Source: Heterodontus francisci (Eukaryota). Taken from it: a stretch of 64,000 nucleotides of DNA. The notes under the pieces are model-generated. The model was not told the origin of the DNA and ran no database searches. It saw only the letters and a program-made list of their open reading frames with translations. The position numbers and the translations under genes are program-made. The first letter of the stretch is position 1. Each line of letters opens with the position of its first letter. Positions 1-12,089 of the stretch are shown here, one piece after another. Location of the stretch: assembly GCF_036365525.1 (NCBI RefSeq), contig NC_090417.1:18762900-18826899 (forward strand), given 5' to 3'.

Positions 1-219
1 CTTCTTCTTCATTACTTTCTTCTCCTCTAAAAAGCACTAAATTGTGTTCCATTACTATTGTCAGTTACCTCTCCATACTCTTCTCGTTGCTGTAACTTTT
101 CAAATGGCTGCCTCTGTGCTCCTGGTATGTTACAAGGGATGACACTCACTCAGTATCTCGGATCCACTCAGGATGCCCTTTACTGTTAAGCATTATGACC
201 TGTGCTGAGGTGTTGTGAT

Positions 220-630
220 CTCAAAGGGGCAAGTGTAAATGGGTTTCCACTCCGGGGTCAGGCAAATACAGGCTAGCACATTTCCAACGATGCTGTGTCA
301 CACAGGACCAGGTTGACAGGAGCCCTTTCAAATGATCCAGATTATGAAGGGGCTTGATAGGATAGACATATAGTGTGAATCCAAAACTGGAGCCATTATC
401 TAAGATAGTCACCAATAAATCCAATCGGGAAATCAGGAGAAACTTAATTTCCCAGAGAGTGGTGAGAATGTGGAATGCGCTGCCACAGGGAGTGGCCAAG
501 GGATAATGTGTTTAAAGGGAAGCCAAACAAATACAAAGACAGCTGAATGGGTGAAATAAAGTGGGGTGGGAAGAGATTTGTGTGGAGCATAAAGACTGGC
601 ATAGAACTGGTGTGAAGAATGGTCTGTGCG
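220..630 (+). mobile_element. Old CR1 LINE 3' fragment
   Basis: Degenerate match to the 3' ends of other CR1 copies here (cagagagtggtgagaatgtggaatgcgctgcc). Confidence 0.7.
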
Positions 631-709
631 TTGTAAATTCTAGCTGTCCTGCAGCCCCTGTCTCAGCTGCTCTAACACAATTTCATCCACAGAAGATGAG
701 CAGACTCAC

Positions 710-861
710 TTCTGTTGTTCGATTTGACTGGACCGCTCCTTGAACCGTTGCTCCCGCAGCTCAGACTCTTTGCGCTCCCTCTCCTTCCTTTCCTGCTCCA
801 AGCTCTCGTGTTCCAGTGCCCTCTTCTTTTTATCTTCTTCCCTTCGCTTCTCTTCATCTTT
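710..861 (-). CDS. DBNL: DBNL exon 7, charged coiled coil (KDEEKRREEDKKKRALEHESLEQERKERERKESELREQRFKERSSQIEQQ)
   Basis: cAG/GTGAG boundaries, E/K/R-rich open frame continuous with exon 6. Confidence 0.92.
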
Positions 862-1104
862 CTGGTGACAAAGGGGCTAGTGGTTATTTTGGGATTTGGT
901 TGCTGTGAGGCAGACAGTAAATCTGAAGTGTACAGCAACCATGATGAATACCCCATGGGTCCAGTGCTGTGGTACCTGCTGTGATGTTTGGATATCCAAC
1001 TGCAGCATAGGTACAAGCAGCAGCCCCCGGACAGAGTGTGCAGACTGCTTCACTCCTGCCGCCTTAAACATGGGCAGCAGCAACACGTGGGTTTTTACAC
1101 AATT

Positions 1105-1440
1105 TATTCTCACGATGCAGGCATCGTTGGCAAGGCCAGCATTTACTGACCATCCCTCGCTGCCTTCTTGAACCATTGTTGTGACTTGCTCGGCCACTAC
1201 AGCAGACAGCTGAAGAGTTAACCCCATTGGTGTAGGATTGGAGTCACATATCAACCCAGAGCAGGTAAAGGCGGCGAGTTTCCTTCCCTAAAAGACATTA
1301 GTGAGCCAGGTGGGATTTTACAACAACCTGACAGCTTCATGGTCACTTTTACCGAGACTAGTTTCTTATTTTTTAACACATGCTGAAACTGCCAGGATGG
1401 GATTTGAACTCGGGATCTCTGGATTATTGGTCAGTCAGCT
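1105..1440 (-). mobile_element. tRNA-derived SINE whose tail resembles the LINE at 38911-40640 (related copies ~14480-14700 -, ~41980-42340 +, ~56880-57160 +)
   Basis: B-box-like gagttcaaatccc; body shared among four copies; tail aatgctggccttgcca. Confidence 0.65.
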
Positions 1441-1524
1441 GGCTGGAAAACTGACAAACTTTGATTGGTGACCATGGGTCACATGTCCAAATTAAAGCTT
1501 TCCTGGTCAGGGCCAAAGCCTTAC

Positions 1525-1602
1525 CTCAGTCTGTGCCCAGAAACTCTCTTTGTTAATACTTCGGATTTCTGACATTGCATTGGTCTTCTTATAAACGGAA
1601 CC
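1525..1602 (-). CDS. DBNL: DBNL exon 6 (GSVYKKTNAMSEIRSINKESFWAQTE)
   Basis: Manual translation; ttAG/GTAAG boundaries; matches recalled [26 protein letters not shown]. Confidence 0.94.
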
Positions 1603-1740
1603 CTAAGAGAAGAGAACGGAAGATAAATAACTATCTGCAGGATGCTACTGTGATAGAGTCCTTGATCTACACTGATCATCAGGTTTCATCTCACTTTGTG
1701 CTCATCTCAAATAAATGATAACCAAGTGATACAACACATC

Positions 1741-2541
1741 TCACCAGCCCTGCATCAGGGAGAGCCAACGTCATCCAGGGTTCCCACCATATTCCCATCA
1801 CCAGCCCTGCATCAGGGAGAGCCAACGTCATCCAGGGTTCCCACCATATTCCCATCACCAGCCCTGCATCAGGGAGAGCCAACGTCATCCAGGGTTCCCA
1901 CCATATTCCCATCACCAGCCCTGCATCAGGGAGAGCCAACGTCATCCAGGGTTCCCACCATATTCCCATCACCAGCCCTGCATCAGGGAGAGCCAACGTC
2001 ATCCAGGGTTCCCACCATATTCCCATCACCAGCCCTGCATCAGGGAGAGCCAACGTCATCCAGGGTTCCCACCATATTCCCATCACCAGCCCTGCATCAG
2101 GGAGAGCCAACGTCATCCAGGGTTCCCACCATATTCCCATCACCAGCCCTGCATCAGGGAGAGCCAACGTCATCCAGGGTTCCCACCATATTCCCATCAC
2201 CAGCCCTGCATCAGGGAGAGCCAACGTCATCCAGGGTTCCCACCATATTCCCATCACCAGCCCTGCATCAGGGAGAGCCAACGTCATCCAGGGTTCCCAC
2301 CATATTCCCATCACCAGCCCTGCATCAGGGAGAGCCAACGTCATCCAGGGTTCCCACCATATTCCCATCACCAGCCCTGCATCAGGGAGAGCCAACGTCA
2401 TCCAGGGTTCCCACCATATTCCCATCACCAGCCCTGCATCAGGGAGAGCCAACGTCATCCAGGGTTCCCACCATATTCCCATCACCAGCCCTGCATCAGG
2501 GAGAGCCAACGTCATCCAGGGGTCCCACCATATTCCCATCA
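1741..2541. repeat. 57-bp minisatellite, 14 near-identical copies, DBNL intron 5
   Basis: Unit tcaccagccctgcatcagggagagccaacgtcatccagggttcccaccatattccca; 19-aa periodic ORFs on both strands. Confidence 0.98.
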
Positions 2542-3038
2542 CTGACACCTGCTAGAAGGGAACCAGCTGTGACAATGTCTAGGCTCCTACTTAACGAAAG
2601 GCTGTGTGGGAAAAGTGTTGGAGGGCAACAGACACTGGTCAGCAACAATCCAACACGAGTCCGCACCTTCCACAGCCGCAAGGAATGAGGAAGAAATTTG
2701 GTCTAAAGAGACGAGCTGAGCACGTATGTCAGTGACAGACTATTATTCCCTTTCTAACGTCAACTTGCACTGGGAGAAGGAAACAGCTGCTGGCCCTCTT
2801 GCACTGCACCTGTTTGGTGACTGGCTCATCTCTTTCTGTTGTATAGGACAGGGCTGCCCGGTCTCTGCTCAGCACGACATCAAGTCATGCAAGGAGATTG
2901 AAAATCCATCATGCTACCAATTTCTCTGTCCTCCTCCTGCCCTCCCATGACCACGGTGACAACCAGTTCCTTAATAGTGCTGCCCATCACTTGGGAGATT
3001 GCTGTACAACCCCTTCCCCCTGACAGACTGCGACTCAC

Positions 3039-3185
3039 CACAGGTCCCTGTGGGGGTGTGTCCTGGAAGCGGGAGCTCTCCTTGTGGAAGTTGTAGTTGG
3101 CACCGGAGGCCTTAGCCACTTTCTCAATGATTACCTCGGGTTCGACATCCTCGTCTGCACGGGCGTTGATCGTGACATGGGCCCC
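3039..3185 (-). CDS. DBNL: DBNL exon 5 ([49 protein letters not shown])
   Basis: Within ORF 2880..3254; AG/GTGAG boundaries. Confidence 0.96.
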
Positions 3186-3214
3186 CTGGGAAGAAGTACG
3201 CGTTTGACAGCAAA

Positions 3215-3780
3215 CACTTGCATTAATGAAGCAAAATGTCCCAGGCAATTTCACAGGAGTGTAACTAAACCAAATCTGACAGACATATAACTAGGCATTA
3301 GGTGACCAAAGCTTGGTCAAAGAGGTAGATTTTGAGACAGGCGTTGAAGTTGAGTGATAGGATTCCAAAGCTTGGGGCCTAGACAGTTAAAGACAATGGC
3401 GAGGCGAAGGAAATCAGGCATCTGCAAGACAGCAGACATGGAGGAGCACAAAGATCCTGATGGGTTGTGGGACTAGAAGAGAATACAGAGAAAGGAAGGC
3501 ACGAGGCCATGAAGGGATTCGAACACAAGGATGAGAATTTTAAAATCAAGGTGTTGCTGGAACTGGAGCCAATATAGGCCAGTGAGCAGAGGATGATGGG
3601 TGAATTGGACTTGGTGCCAGCTAGGATATGTGCAGCAGAGTTTTGGATGAGCTCAAGTTTACGGAGCATGCAAACTGGGAGGCTAGCCAGGAGATCATTG
3701 CAATAGTCAAGAGGTAACAAAAGGCACCAATGAGGGTTGCAGCAGCAGATGGATTGAGGCAGGGGCAGAGACGAGCAATA
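3215..3780 (-). mobile_element. L2-clade LINE 3' fragment
   Basis: ORF 3379..3720 LDYCNDLLASLP..LRKLELIQNSAA is typical of the L2 ORF2 C-terminus. Confidence 0.8.
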
Positions 3781-3850
3781 TGAACATTAGGAACTACATA
3801 GCAACACCAGGCACCGGCAGGGTAAACAGAAAAACCTGAATGCAGCTTAC

Positions 3851-3925
3851 CTTTAAAAAGTTGGCCACGGTGCTAACATGATTGGCACACAACCCTTTCC
3901 TGGCATCCTTCACTCCTTCACCAGT
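3851..3925 (-). CDS. DBNL: DBNL exon 4 ([25 protein letters not shown])
   Basis: Manual translation; AG/GTAAG boundaries, phase 0-0. Confidence 0.95.
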
Positions 3926-4515
3926 CTGAAGAGTAAGAGTGAGGTAAATAGGGCTGTACATGACTGATGTACGGTCTGACCAACCTTCCCATATGTCAAA
4001 CAGTTAGAGCTTTATATAACCCAGGCTAATCTGTTAGTCATAAACTGAGCAAGCACCGTCTTGAGGAGCATGGTTTCTGTGGAAACGTGGAGACCAATAA
4101 GATGTCAAGCATTATGAAGGAATTAAAATTAATCCTTGCAGAGTTACAACTGGTGAAGTCATGAATTACACAAGGGGGGGGGGGGGGTGGCGGTGGGGGG
4201 AAGGATACACAGAATAAACTTAAGCAAAATAAGTCTTCTTCTCAGCTGTACTCCAGTAGCATTATCACAATTCATCACAGGAAGATGAATGAGGGAAAGA
4301 CAGTCCCAGAAATAGCTGTAGGGACACTGTGCAAGGCCAGGATTAGGCTCAGCCAGGCTGTCTCCCTTGGTAAAAATCATTGCAAGCTTTTGCAGGGCAA
4401 TGTCCACCTGTGAGTCACCTTCAGGAGATGAGGATTGGAAAAATATTAACATTTCTTCTTAAACTGTCCAGTCAATTATAAAGGAACAGTAACTATACCA
4501 CAGCTCCACACTTAC

Positions 4516-4628
4516 CCAGTTAATCAGCACATTCTTGGGCAATCCAGAATTGGGGTCTTTCACTCGACAAAAGGCATACATCACCTTCCCACTGTTTAGT
4601 TCTTCCACTAGCTCCTCAAGGCCCCCAT
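4516..4628 (-). CDS. DBNL: DBNL exon 3 ([38 protein letters not shown])
   Basis: Within ORF 4459..4680; AG/GTAAG boundaries; ADF-H signature. Confidence 0.96.
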
Positions 4629-4759
4629 CTGAAAAGGGCAACACAATAAGGCATGACAATAAACACAGTACAAAAAGCACCGACAGGCATGTTCTTACAC
4701 AGTCTGATTCTTACAATGGACCTTTACACCTTGATTTATTAAGAACGGAGGAAGAATCA

Positions 4760-5350
4760 ACCGACTCAAGGTAAGGAGACAGTCTTGGTGAGAGAGAAGC
4801 TATGTAGTTGGAAGCTCAGCTCGGGGTCAGATTGGTGGTTAAGGATGTTAACTGTGTGGTTCAGCCTCAAACAATGCAATCAGTGGCAACAGAACCGAGC
4901 GTGTGGGAAGGACTGAAGCCAGTGGCTCCTGTCTTCCCAATTTTGCTGGAGGAAATAGCAGCTCTTCCAAGATTGGATGTCGGACTAACATTCTGACAAC
5001 GGAGGCAGTGGGGAGGTTGAGCAAGGGAGTGAAAAGGTGGTGGTCTTCTCAGTGTACATTTGGAAACTGACTCCAGGTCTCCAGATGGTGTTTTCCGAGA
5101 GGTAGCATGTCGAAGACAAACAGGAGAGGACCAAAATTGATCTTTGGAAGACTCCAGAGGCAATGGTATCGGGATGGAGACAGATGCTCTGGCTGTGATT
5201 GGACAAATAAGAGTGGAAGCAAATAAATCACTGACTTAAATGATTGCCGACAGGTCAGGAAGTATCGTCCACCATGGTCACTCACAAAACATCATTTGTG
5301 ACTTCGATTGGGCTGTTCCAGTGCTGCAACAGGGGTAAAACGCTGATTGA
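4760..5350 (-). mobile_element. Degraded L2-like RT fragment
   Basis: Frameshifted GV.Q.SIL.LLFV and QMYTE.T (RT domain 4/5-like) remnants. Confidence 0.6.
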
Positions 5351-5699
5351 AGCCATTGAGGGGTTGTGACAACAGTTTGTAGAAAGTTAGCACACAACAC
5401 TGGCCTAAACCGAGGATTGAAATTCACTTCCCTCTGTCCCCACGTGCAAGTTATACGAGAAGGGCTTTCATAGAGAAAAAAACTAAATTAGCCTCAGAGC
5501 GAGGGATAGTTGCTGCATCTCCGCAGAAAATTCCCTGCAATCAAAAATACAGCAACAAAGCCACAGCAGCTTAATTAATTTCACATCAGGTCAACACAAT
5601 CAGAAAGATTTATTATTGATAAAATGTCAGGTTGAAGTTGAAAAGCCAGCTCATGCCAGTAACTAGCAGCAGATGGCAGTGAGATGGTGTGACCCTCAC

Positions 5700-5755
5700 C
5701 TCCAGTTCCTGCCACCCGCAGATCATTGCTGTTCCCTTCATAGGTAAAAAGTGCC
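5700..5755 (-). CDS. DBNL: DBNL exon 2 (ALFTYEGNSNDLRVAGTG), ADF-H domain
   Basis: ttcAG acceptor, GTGAG donor, frame continuous with exons 1 and 3. Confidence 0.95.
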
Positions 5756-6234
5756 CTGAAACAGAAACCAAGACAGTTAGACTGGATGCTGGACCAAATA
5801 CACTGTTCTCAATATGTAATAATATAGAAAAAGAGCTGCCAAATCCAGCCACCATTTGTAATGTGTAGTTAGAAAATGATAGCAGCCCCACAGATCCATT
5901 TCTTTGAAGCCAGGTTAGACAGAGGCAAAGTAATTCACTGCATTCCCACAATTAATGGAGGCCAAATCAAACTATGAGCAACTGCGACAGAAACTTCCCT
6001 CCAATCTTCAGTAGCTGGGAGATTTTCAGGACTTCACACAATGGTAACCCCAAACTTTAATTGGTTCCAAGATCCGAGAAAAGATACTTCCACATCTATC
6101 GCATCTTTCACGACCTCAAAATATATGAAAGAGCTCCAGTCAATAAACTGTTTTGTGAACTGTAATCAGTGTTGTAAAGTATTCATAAAAACAGAAAAAC
6201 AAAGATTTCCAGCATCTGCAGTATTTTGCTTTTA

Positions 6235-6560
6235 TTGTAAAGTTGGAAACTCAGCAGCTAATTTGCACACAGGCAGGTTCTACAAACAGCAGCAGAATAA
6301 ATCATCAGATGATATATTTTCAGATGCCAGTTATGGTGTAAACGTTGGTCAGGAAAAGGGAGAAGTCCCCTGCTCATCTTCCAATGACACCATCGAATCT
6401 ACCACATCCACCTGAGGGGGCGTCCTTTAACCTATCATCCAACAGTGCAACACTCCCTCAGCACTGCAGTGAGATTGTCAGCATGAATCTTGGACTGGTC
6501 TGTGCAGTCAACCAATGACCTTCTGACTCTGAGGCAAGAGGCATTGCCCCCACTGAGATA
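6235..6560 (-). mobile_element. Deu-domain (SacSINE1-like) SINE; related copies ~26240-26490 -, ~36340-36760 -, ~42350-42740 +, ~57530-57705 -, ~58300-58690 -, ~60075-60505 -
   Basis: Shared cagtgca-cactccctcag-actgcact core and tRNA-like head among copies; family name from recall. Confidence 0.65.
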
Positions 6561-9544
6561 CAGCTCCAGTTTGTGACAGCCACTCTGGACATGTGACAGG
6601 GAGAGTTCTACCTGAGCAGGAAGATCGAGTTACAGGAATTCATTTATCAATTAGTTGTTCCTCTGACACGATACAAACTCCCTCTGCCCATTGTACTGAC
6701 AGGCATTTGTCAAATCGACACCGAATATTTGAAAGATCTGTCAATGCAGCTGAGTGCTGGCAGCCAAACTGCTAGTTATCAACCTACATAAAGGCCAGCT
6801 GCTCTTCTGCACTGGAGGAATGCACTTACAGGTCCAACTACAGTCTTAGCTTCCTCATACAGCAGACTGCTCGGCCTCTGTTCAGCTGGTTTCCTGTTTC
6901 TGGCACTGAGATTATTTGCCGCATCCTACTTCCTATCTCCCCAAACTGTGCTTGTCTGAATCAGCACTTCTGCTCACAGAGAGCATGTGAACTGCACTTC
7001 TCACACTGCTCTTGCCTCACAGCCCTGCACATATTTCCCTTTTCAAGTATTTATCCAATTCCCTTTTGAAAGTTATTACTGAATCTGCTTCCACCGCCCT
7101 TTCAGGCAGCGCATTCCTGATCACAACAACCCACTGCGTAAAAGGAAATCATCTCCTCTCTGGCTCTTTTGTCAATTACGTTAAATCTGTGTTCGCTGGT
7201 TACTGACCCTCCTACCAAAACCAAGAATTTTTCCTTGTCTCTTTCCCTACCAAAACACCCCTATTTTCAACACTTGCAACAAATCTTCATTCCTATTAAT
7301 CCAGGAAAGTCAGACCAGTGGAGATTAAGATAAACCATTTTATTCCAATCCTTGAGTGTGGATTTGGGAAGCCAGTGTTATTAAGTCAGTACCAGACCAG
7401 TACAACCATCACTGCTCTCAGGAATGGTCATGATTTCCAGCCTTGAATTAGCACAAACAATGGCTTTCAAATTAATGAAAGTTCATTGTAAAACTTACAG
7501 GCTGAAGAAAGAGAAATGTTTGAAACAATCTCCCAGGCCTTGTTCAAAAGCAGCTGGATACAAGTTAAGGCTCAAGGGGATGTGGGGTGGGGGTGGGGGT
7601 GGCGGCGGGAGGGGTGCCTGTTCTTTATCATTGAATCATATTACCAAGAAAGCCATTGGGCCCTTCGCATCTGTGCCATCTCCCTCAAAGGCTTGTGCAG
7701 GACAGCACATAAAGAGGCCATTCAGCCCCTCCAGCCTGTGACACATGAACAGGGGAGGCCATTCAGGCCTTCAAGCCTGGAATGCCATTTAATTGGATGA
7801 ACCTCAACTCTATTTACCCACCCTTGCTCCATATCCCTTGATATCCCTGAACCAAACAAAACTCCATCAATTTCAGTCTTGCAACTGTCCCGCAATACAC
7901 AACCTGTTTGGGGTAGAGTTTTATGCATTTCCACGACCCTTTGTGTTAAAGAGCAATTCCTGACATTACCCCTGAACGGTCCGGTCATCACTTTCCTGTT
8001 TGTGGGATCTTGTTGTGGACAAATAGGCTGCCACAATTCCGACCTTTTAACAGTAACGTTATTTTCAGAAGTACTGCATTGGCTGTGAAACACTTTGGGA
8101 TGCCATAAAAATGCAAGTTTTTTTCCCACCCTTCAACTTTCTAAACACCAGGGAATACAGGGCGAGTCTATGCAACCTATCCTCAGAAATTAACCTTTTA
8201 TTCTGATTATCATTCTATTGTCAGCACTGTACCCCCTCCACAATCAAAATATCCTTTCTGAGGTGCAGTGCCCAGCACTAACAAGACAGCCCAAGGTCAG
8301 TGTGCAGAGTACATTAACAGTCAGTGATTTTGGAGGAACTGAGGATAAATCGAGGAATATATTGAAGAATTAAGCTCAGGATTGCATAGTTCCAATACTG
8401 TGCTGTAAAGTCGCAAGATGGCTGGGGAGGGGTGGCGCGGGTGATTGTGGGGGTTAGAAGATAGGGTTACAATCCACTGGAGCTAAGCTCTGAGTTAGAT
8501 GGCGCTGCTTTCAAACACAATGAACTAAAGAGCTGCTGTGTGTGGAACAGACAAAAACCAGTGGATCAACTCTTGTTTAGACAGTGGGAATGACGTGTGA
8601 AGGGCAACAAGCAAAGAGCTCTTATGTAATTTGACAAATGATGATAGAGGGAGGGGAAGAAGGCAGAGGACCTTGCAGAGGCAAGTTTTGGAATTGTATT
8701 CATCCTGCCAATGTCACCCGTTCTAGACATAAAATTACTCGTGAGAATTCCGCTTCGTGGCATTGTTGGAGCCGAATATGACAAACAGGAGAAACCAGAA
8801 AATAAAACATGCTTTAAATTGCTGAAACAAAGCAACGCTGTGAAAGAGGAAATAAACAGAGTGAAAAGCAAACAGTTTTAACAGTGAAACTGAACATTAA
8901 TTAGTGATGGCTAACTTTGAGAAGTAAAGCTGAAGGACTTGGCAAAGGGATCTCATGAATACAATTTTCATGTGACATGGAGAGGATTATCGCAAGTGAA
9001 AGAAGAGGCTCAGCTATTTGCGTGGTGCAGCCCCACTATGTTTTACATCTCTGAAGCAAGTGGCGCCTGCTGTGCTCAGAAATCAATGGCTGAGGAGGTG
9101 AAAAGCGCAGAATGAACATTCTGTATCTTTCGAGGTGTATCTTTGCTTGTGGCAGTTGTTCAGTAACTGTGCAGTAACAACTCGAGTCAGCTGGGCTCGA
9201 TCAATGTGTAGTGACAAAGTCCTCAACTGTGTCAATAACATGCAGCCAGGAGAAATCCGGGACAGGGATTTGCTTCCAGTGCTGCACTGGGAATGCTCAA
9301 CGTCGCCAATCGAGCCTGTGCAAGTTTGGAGAGGGCTGATGATCAATTCCCCTGCTGAAGATTCGGACAGACACATTGCTGGGTCCAAGCAGCCATACGA
9401 GGCCATGACCTGAGGTTAACCATCAAGTGAGCCAGCATGCTAGCGACATGTTTCCTCTTTGTATATTTTTAATGTATAAGTGTGAAACACTACAGAAACA
9501 TTACCACATTGCATCACAATTTTAACTTTTTAAAATCTGGACAG

Positions 9545-9880
9545 TTTCTGCTCAGCATAGTGGGGAAAGTCTTTGCTCGAGTCGCTTTAAACAGGCTCCA
9601 GAAGCTGGCCGAGTGCGTCTACCCTGAGGCACAGTGTGGCTTTCGTGCAGAGAGATCGACCGTTGACATGCTGTTCTCCCTTCGTCAGATACAGGAGAAA
9701 TGCCGTGAACAACAGATGCCCCTCTACATTGCTTTCATTGATCTCACCAAAGCCTTTGACCTCGTCAGCAGACGTGGTCTCTTCAGACTACTAGAAAAGA
9801 TTGGATGTCCACCAATGCTACTAAGTATCATCACCTCATTCCATGACAATATGAAAGGTACAATTCAACATGGCGGCCCC
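9545..9880 (+). mobile_element. RTE-clade LINE reverse-transcriptase fragment
   Basis: LLSIVGKVFARV...PEAQCGFRAERSTVDMLFSLRQIQEKCREQ...FIDLTKAFD. Confidence 0.9.
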
Positions 9881-11133
9881 TAAACTTTTCCCCTCTCACT
9901 TTGAACTCGTGACCCCTAGTAATTGAATCCCCACTCTGGGAAAAAGCTTCTTGCGATCCACCCTGTCTATCCCTCTCATGATTTTGTACACCTCAATCAG
10001 GTCCCCCCTCAACCTCCGTCTTTCTAATGAAAATAATCCTAATCTACTCAACCTCTCTTCATAGCTAGCGCCCTCCATACCAGGCAACATCCTGGTGAAC
10101 CTCCTCTGCACCCTTTCCAAAGCATCTACATCCTTTTGGTAATGTGGCGACCAGAACTGCACGCAGTATTCCAAATGTGGCCGAACCAAAGTCTTATACA
10201 ACTGTAACATGACCTGCCAACCCTTATACTCAATACCCCGTCCGATGAAGGAAAGCATGCCGTATGCCTTCTTGACCATTCTATTGACCTGCGTTGCCAC
10301 CTTCAGGGAACAATGGACCTGAACACCCAAATCTCTCTGTACATCAATTTTCCCCAGGACTTTTCCATTCACTGTATAGTTCACTCTTGAATTGGATCTT
10401 CCAAAATGCATCACATCGCATTTGCCCTGATTGAACTCCATCTGCCATTTCTCTGCCCAACTCTCCAATCTATCTATATTCTGCTGTATTCTCTGACAGT
10501 CCCCTTCACTATCTGCTACTCCACCAATCTTAGTGTCGTCTGCAAACTTGCTAATCAGACCACCTATACTTTCCTCCAAATCATTTATGTATATCACAAA
10601 CAACAGTGGTCCCAACACGGATCCCTGTGGAACACCACTGGTCACACGTCTCCATTTTGAGAAACTCCCTTCTACTGCTACTCTCTGTCTCCTGTTGCCC
10701 AGCCAGTTCTTTATCCATCTAGCTAGTACACCCTGGACCCCATGCGACTTCACTTTCTCCATCAGCCTACCATGGGGAACCTTATCAAACGCCTTACTGA
10801 AGTCCATGTATATGACATCTACAGCCCTTCCCTCATCAATCAACTTTGTCACTTCCTCAAAGAATTCTATTAAGTTGGTAAGACATGACCTTCCCTGCAC
10901 AAAACCATGTTGCCTATCACTGATAAGCCCATTTTCTTCCAAATGGGAATAGATCCTATCCCTCAGTATCTTCTCCAGCAGCTTCCCTACCACTGACGTC
11001 AGGCTCACCGGTCTATAATTACCTGGATTATCCCTGCAACCCTTCTTAAACAAGGGGACAACATTAGCAATTCTCCAGTCCTCCGGGACCTCACCCGTGT
11101 TTAAGGATGCTGCAAAGATATCTGTTAAGGCCC
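9881..11133 (-). mobile_element. Young CR1 LINE RT fragment (385-aa open frame)
   Basis: ORF 9896..11053: NYRPVSLTS, QHGF, DFSKAFD, GVPQGSVLGP, FADD. Confidence 0.96.
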
Positions 11134-11364
11134 CTGTTTATCCTCCCTCACTGTTTGGATGCATTGCACTGTCTCAGACTTGAAGACCATTCTCTCTCAG
11201 TATCTTTAAGAGGCAAAGATCCTCATCTGCAACCTCCCCCTTTCTCCAAAAGACTTTTCAAACTTATCACCAAACCAGGAAATCCCATTCCCTCATCATC
11301 TCTCCAACTGGGTGTCAGCTGTGACTTGGCTGAACTTGCAGACAAGAGCACACCCTCAAATCCA

Positions 11365-11730
11365 GTACCCCGCGGGACAGACCCACCACTCACCTCTAGT
11401 ACCCTGCGGGACAGACCCACCCATCGCCCCCCATCCCGGAGTGACAGACCCACCCCTCACCCCCCCCATCACCGAGTGACAGACCCTCCCCTCATCTCCT
11501 CTTCCCCAGAGTGACAGACCCTCCCCTTGCCCCCTATCCCTGAGAGACAGACCCACCCCTCACCTCCTGTGTCCCTGCGTGACAGACCCACCATTCGCCT
11601 CTTGTATCCCTGCGGGACAGACCCTCCCCTCGCCTCCTGTACCCTGCGGGACAGACCCTCCCCTCGCTCTCTGTCCCTGCATTACAAACCCTCCCCTCAC
11701 CCTCTATCCCTGTGGGACAGACACCCTCCT
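11365..11730. repeat. Degenerate C-rich minisatellite (core gggacagaccc/gtgacagaccc, ~30-40 bp period)
   Basis: About ten recurrences of gacagaccc(a/t)cc. Confidence 0.85.
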
Positions 11731-12089
11731 CATCCTCTCTCCCTGCGATCCAGATCCTTTCCTTTCCCCTCCCCCATCCCTTTGTTAGACACTTTCTAAT
11801 CCCTATGTTACAAACTTCCCCCCATTCTCACCAATCTATGTGCTGCAGACACTTCTCCCAGGGGTCATAGACTCATAACAAGGGGTAAGTCATTTGAGAC
11901 TGAGATGAGGAGGAATTTCTTCACTCAGAGAATGGTGATTCTTTGGAATTCTCCATCCTCGAGGGTTGTGAAAGCTCAATCATTAAGCACGTTCAAGACA
12001 GAAATGGGTAGATTTCTGGATATTCATGACATTAAGGAATATGGGGATCGTGCGGGAAAATGGCACTTGAGGTCGATGTTCAGGCTCAC

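Noticed and set aside
1-125. Further DBNL exon(s): candidate 1-26 after a ttttAG acceptor (KGEESNEEE) and candidate ~69-121
   Set aside because: Low-complexity region at the window edge; 69-121 hits a stop in the phase required by exon 7 and 1-26 is too short to confirm
1691-2688. 330-aa and 285-aa repetitive ORFs as genes, or the array as CRISPR
   Set aside because: By-product of a 57-bp tandem repeat in an intron; no unique spacers, no cas genes, eukaryotic context
9083-9413. Overlapping antiparallel ORFs in DBNL intron 1 as a nested gene
   Set aside because: No recognisable domain or splice structure; lengths compatible with chance
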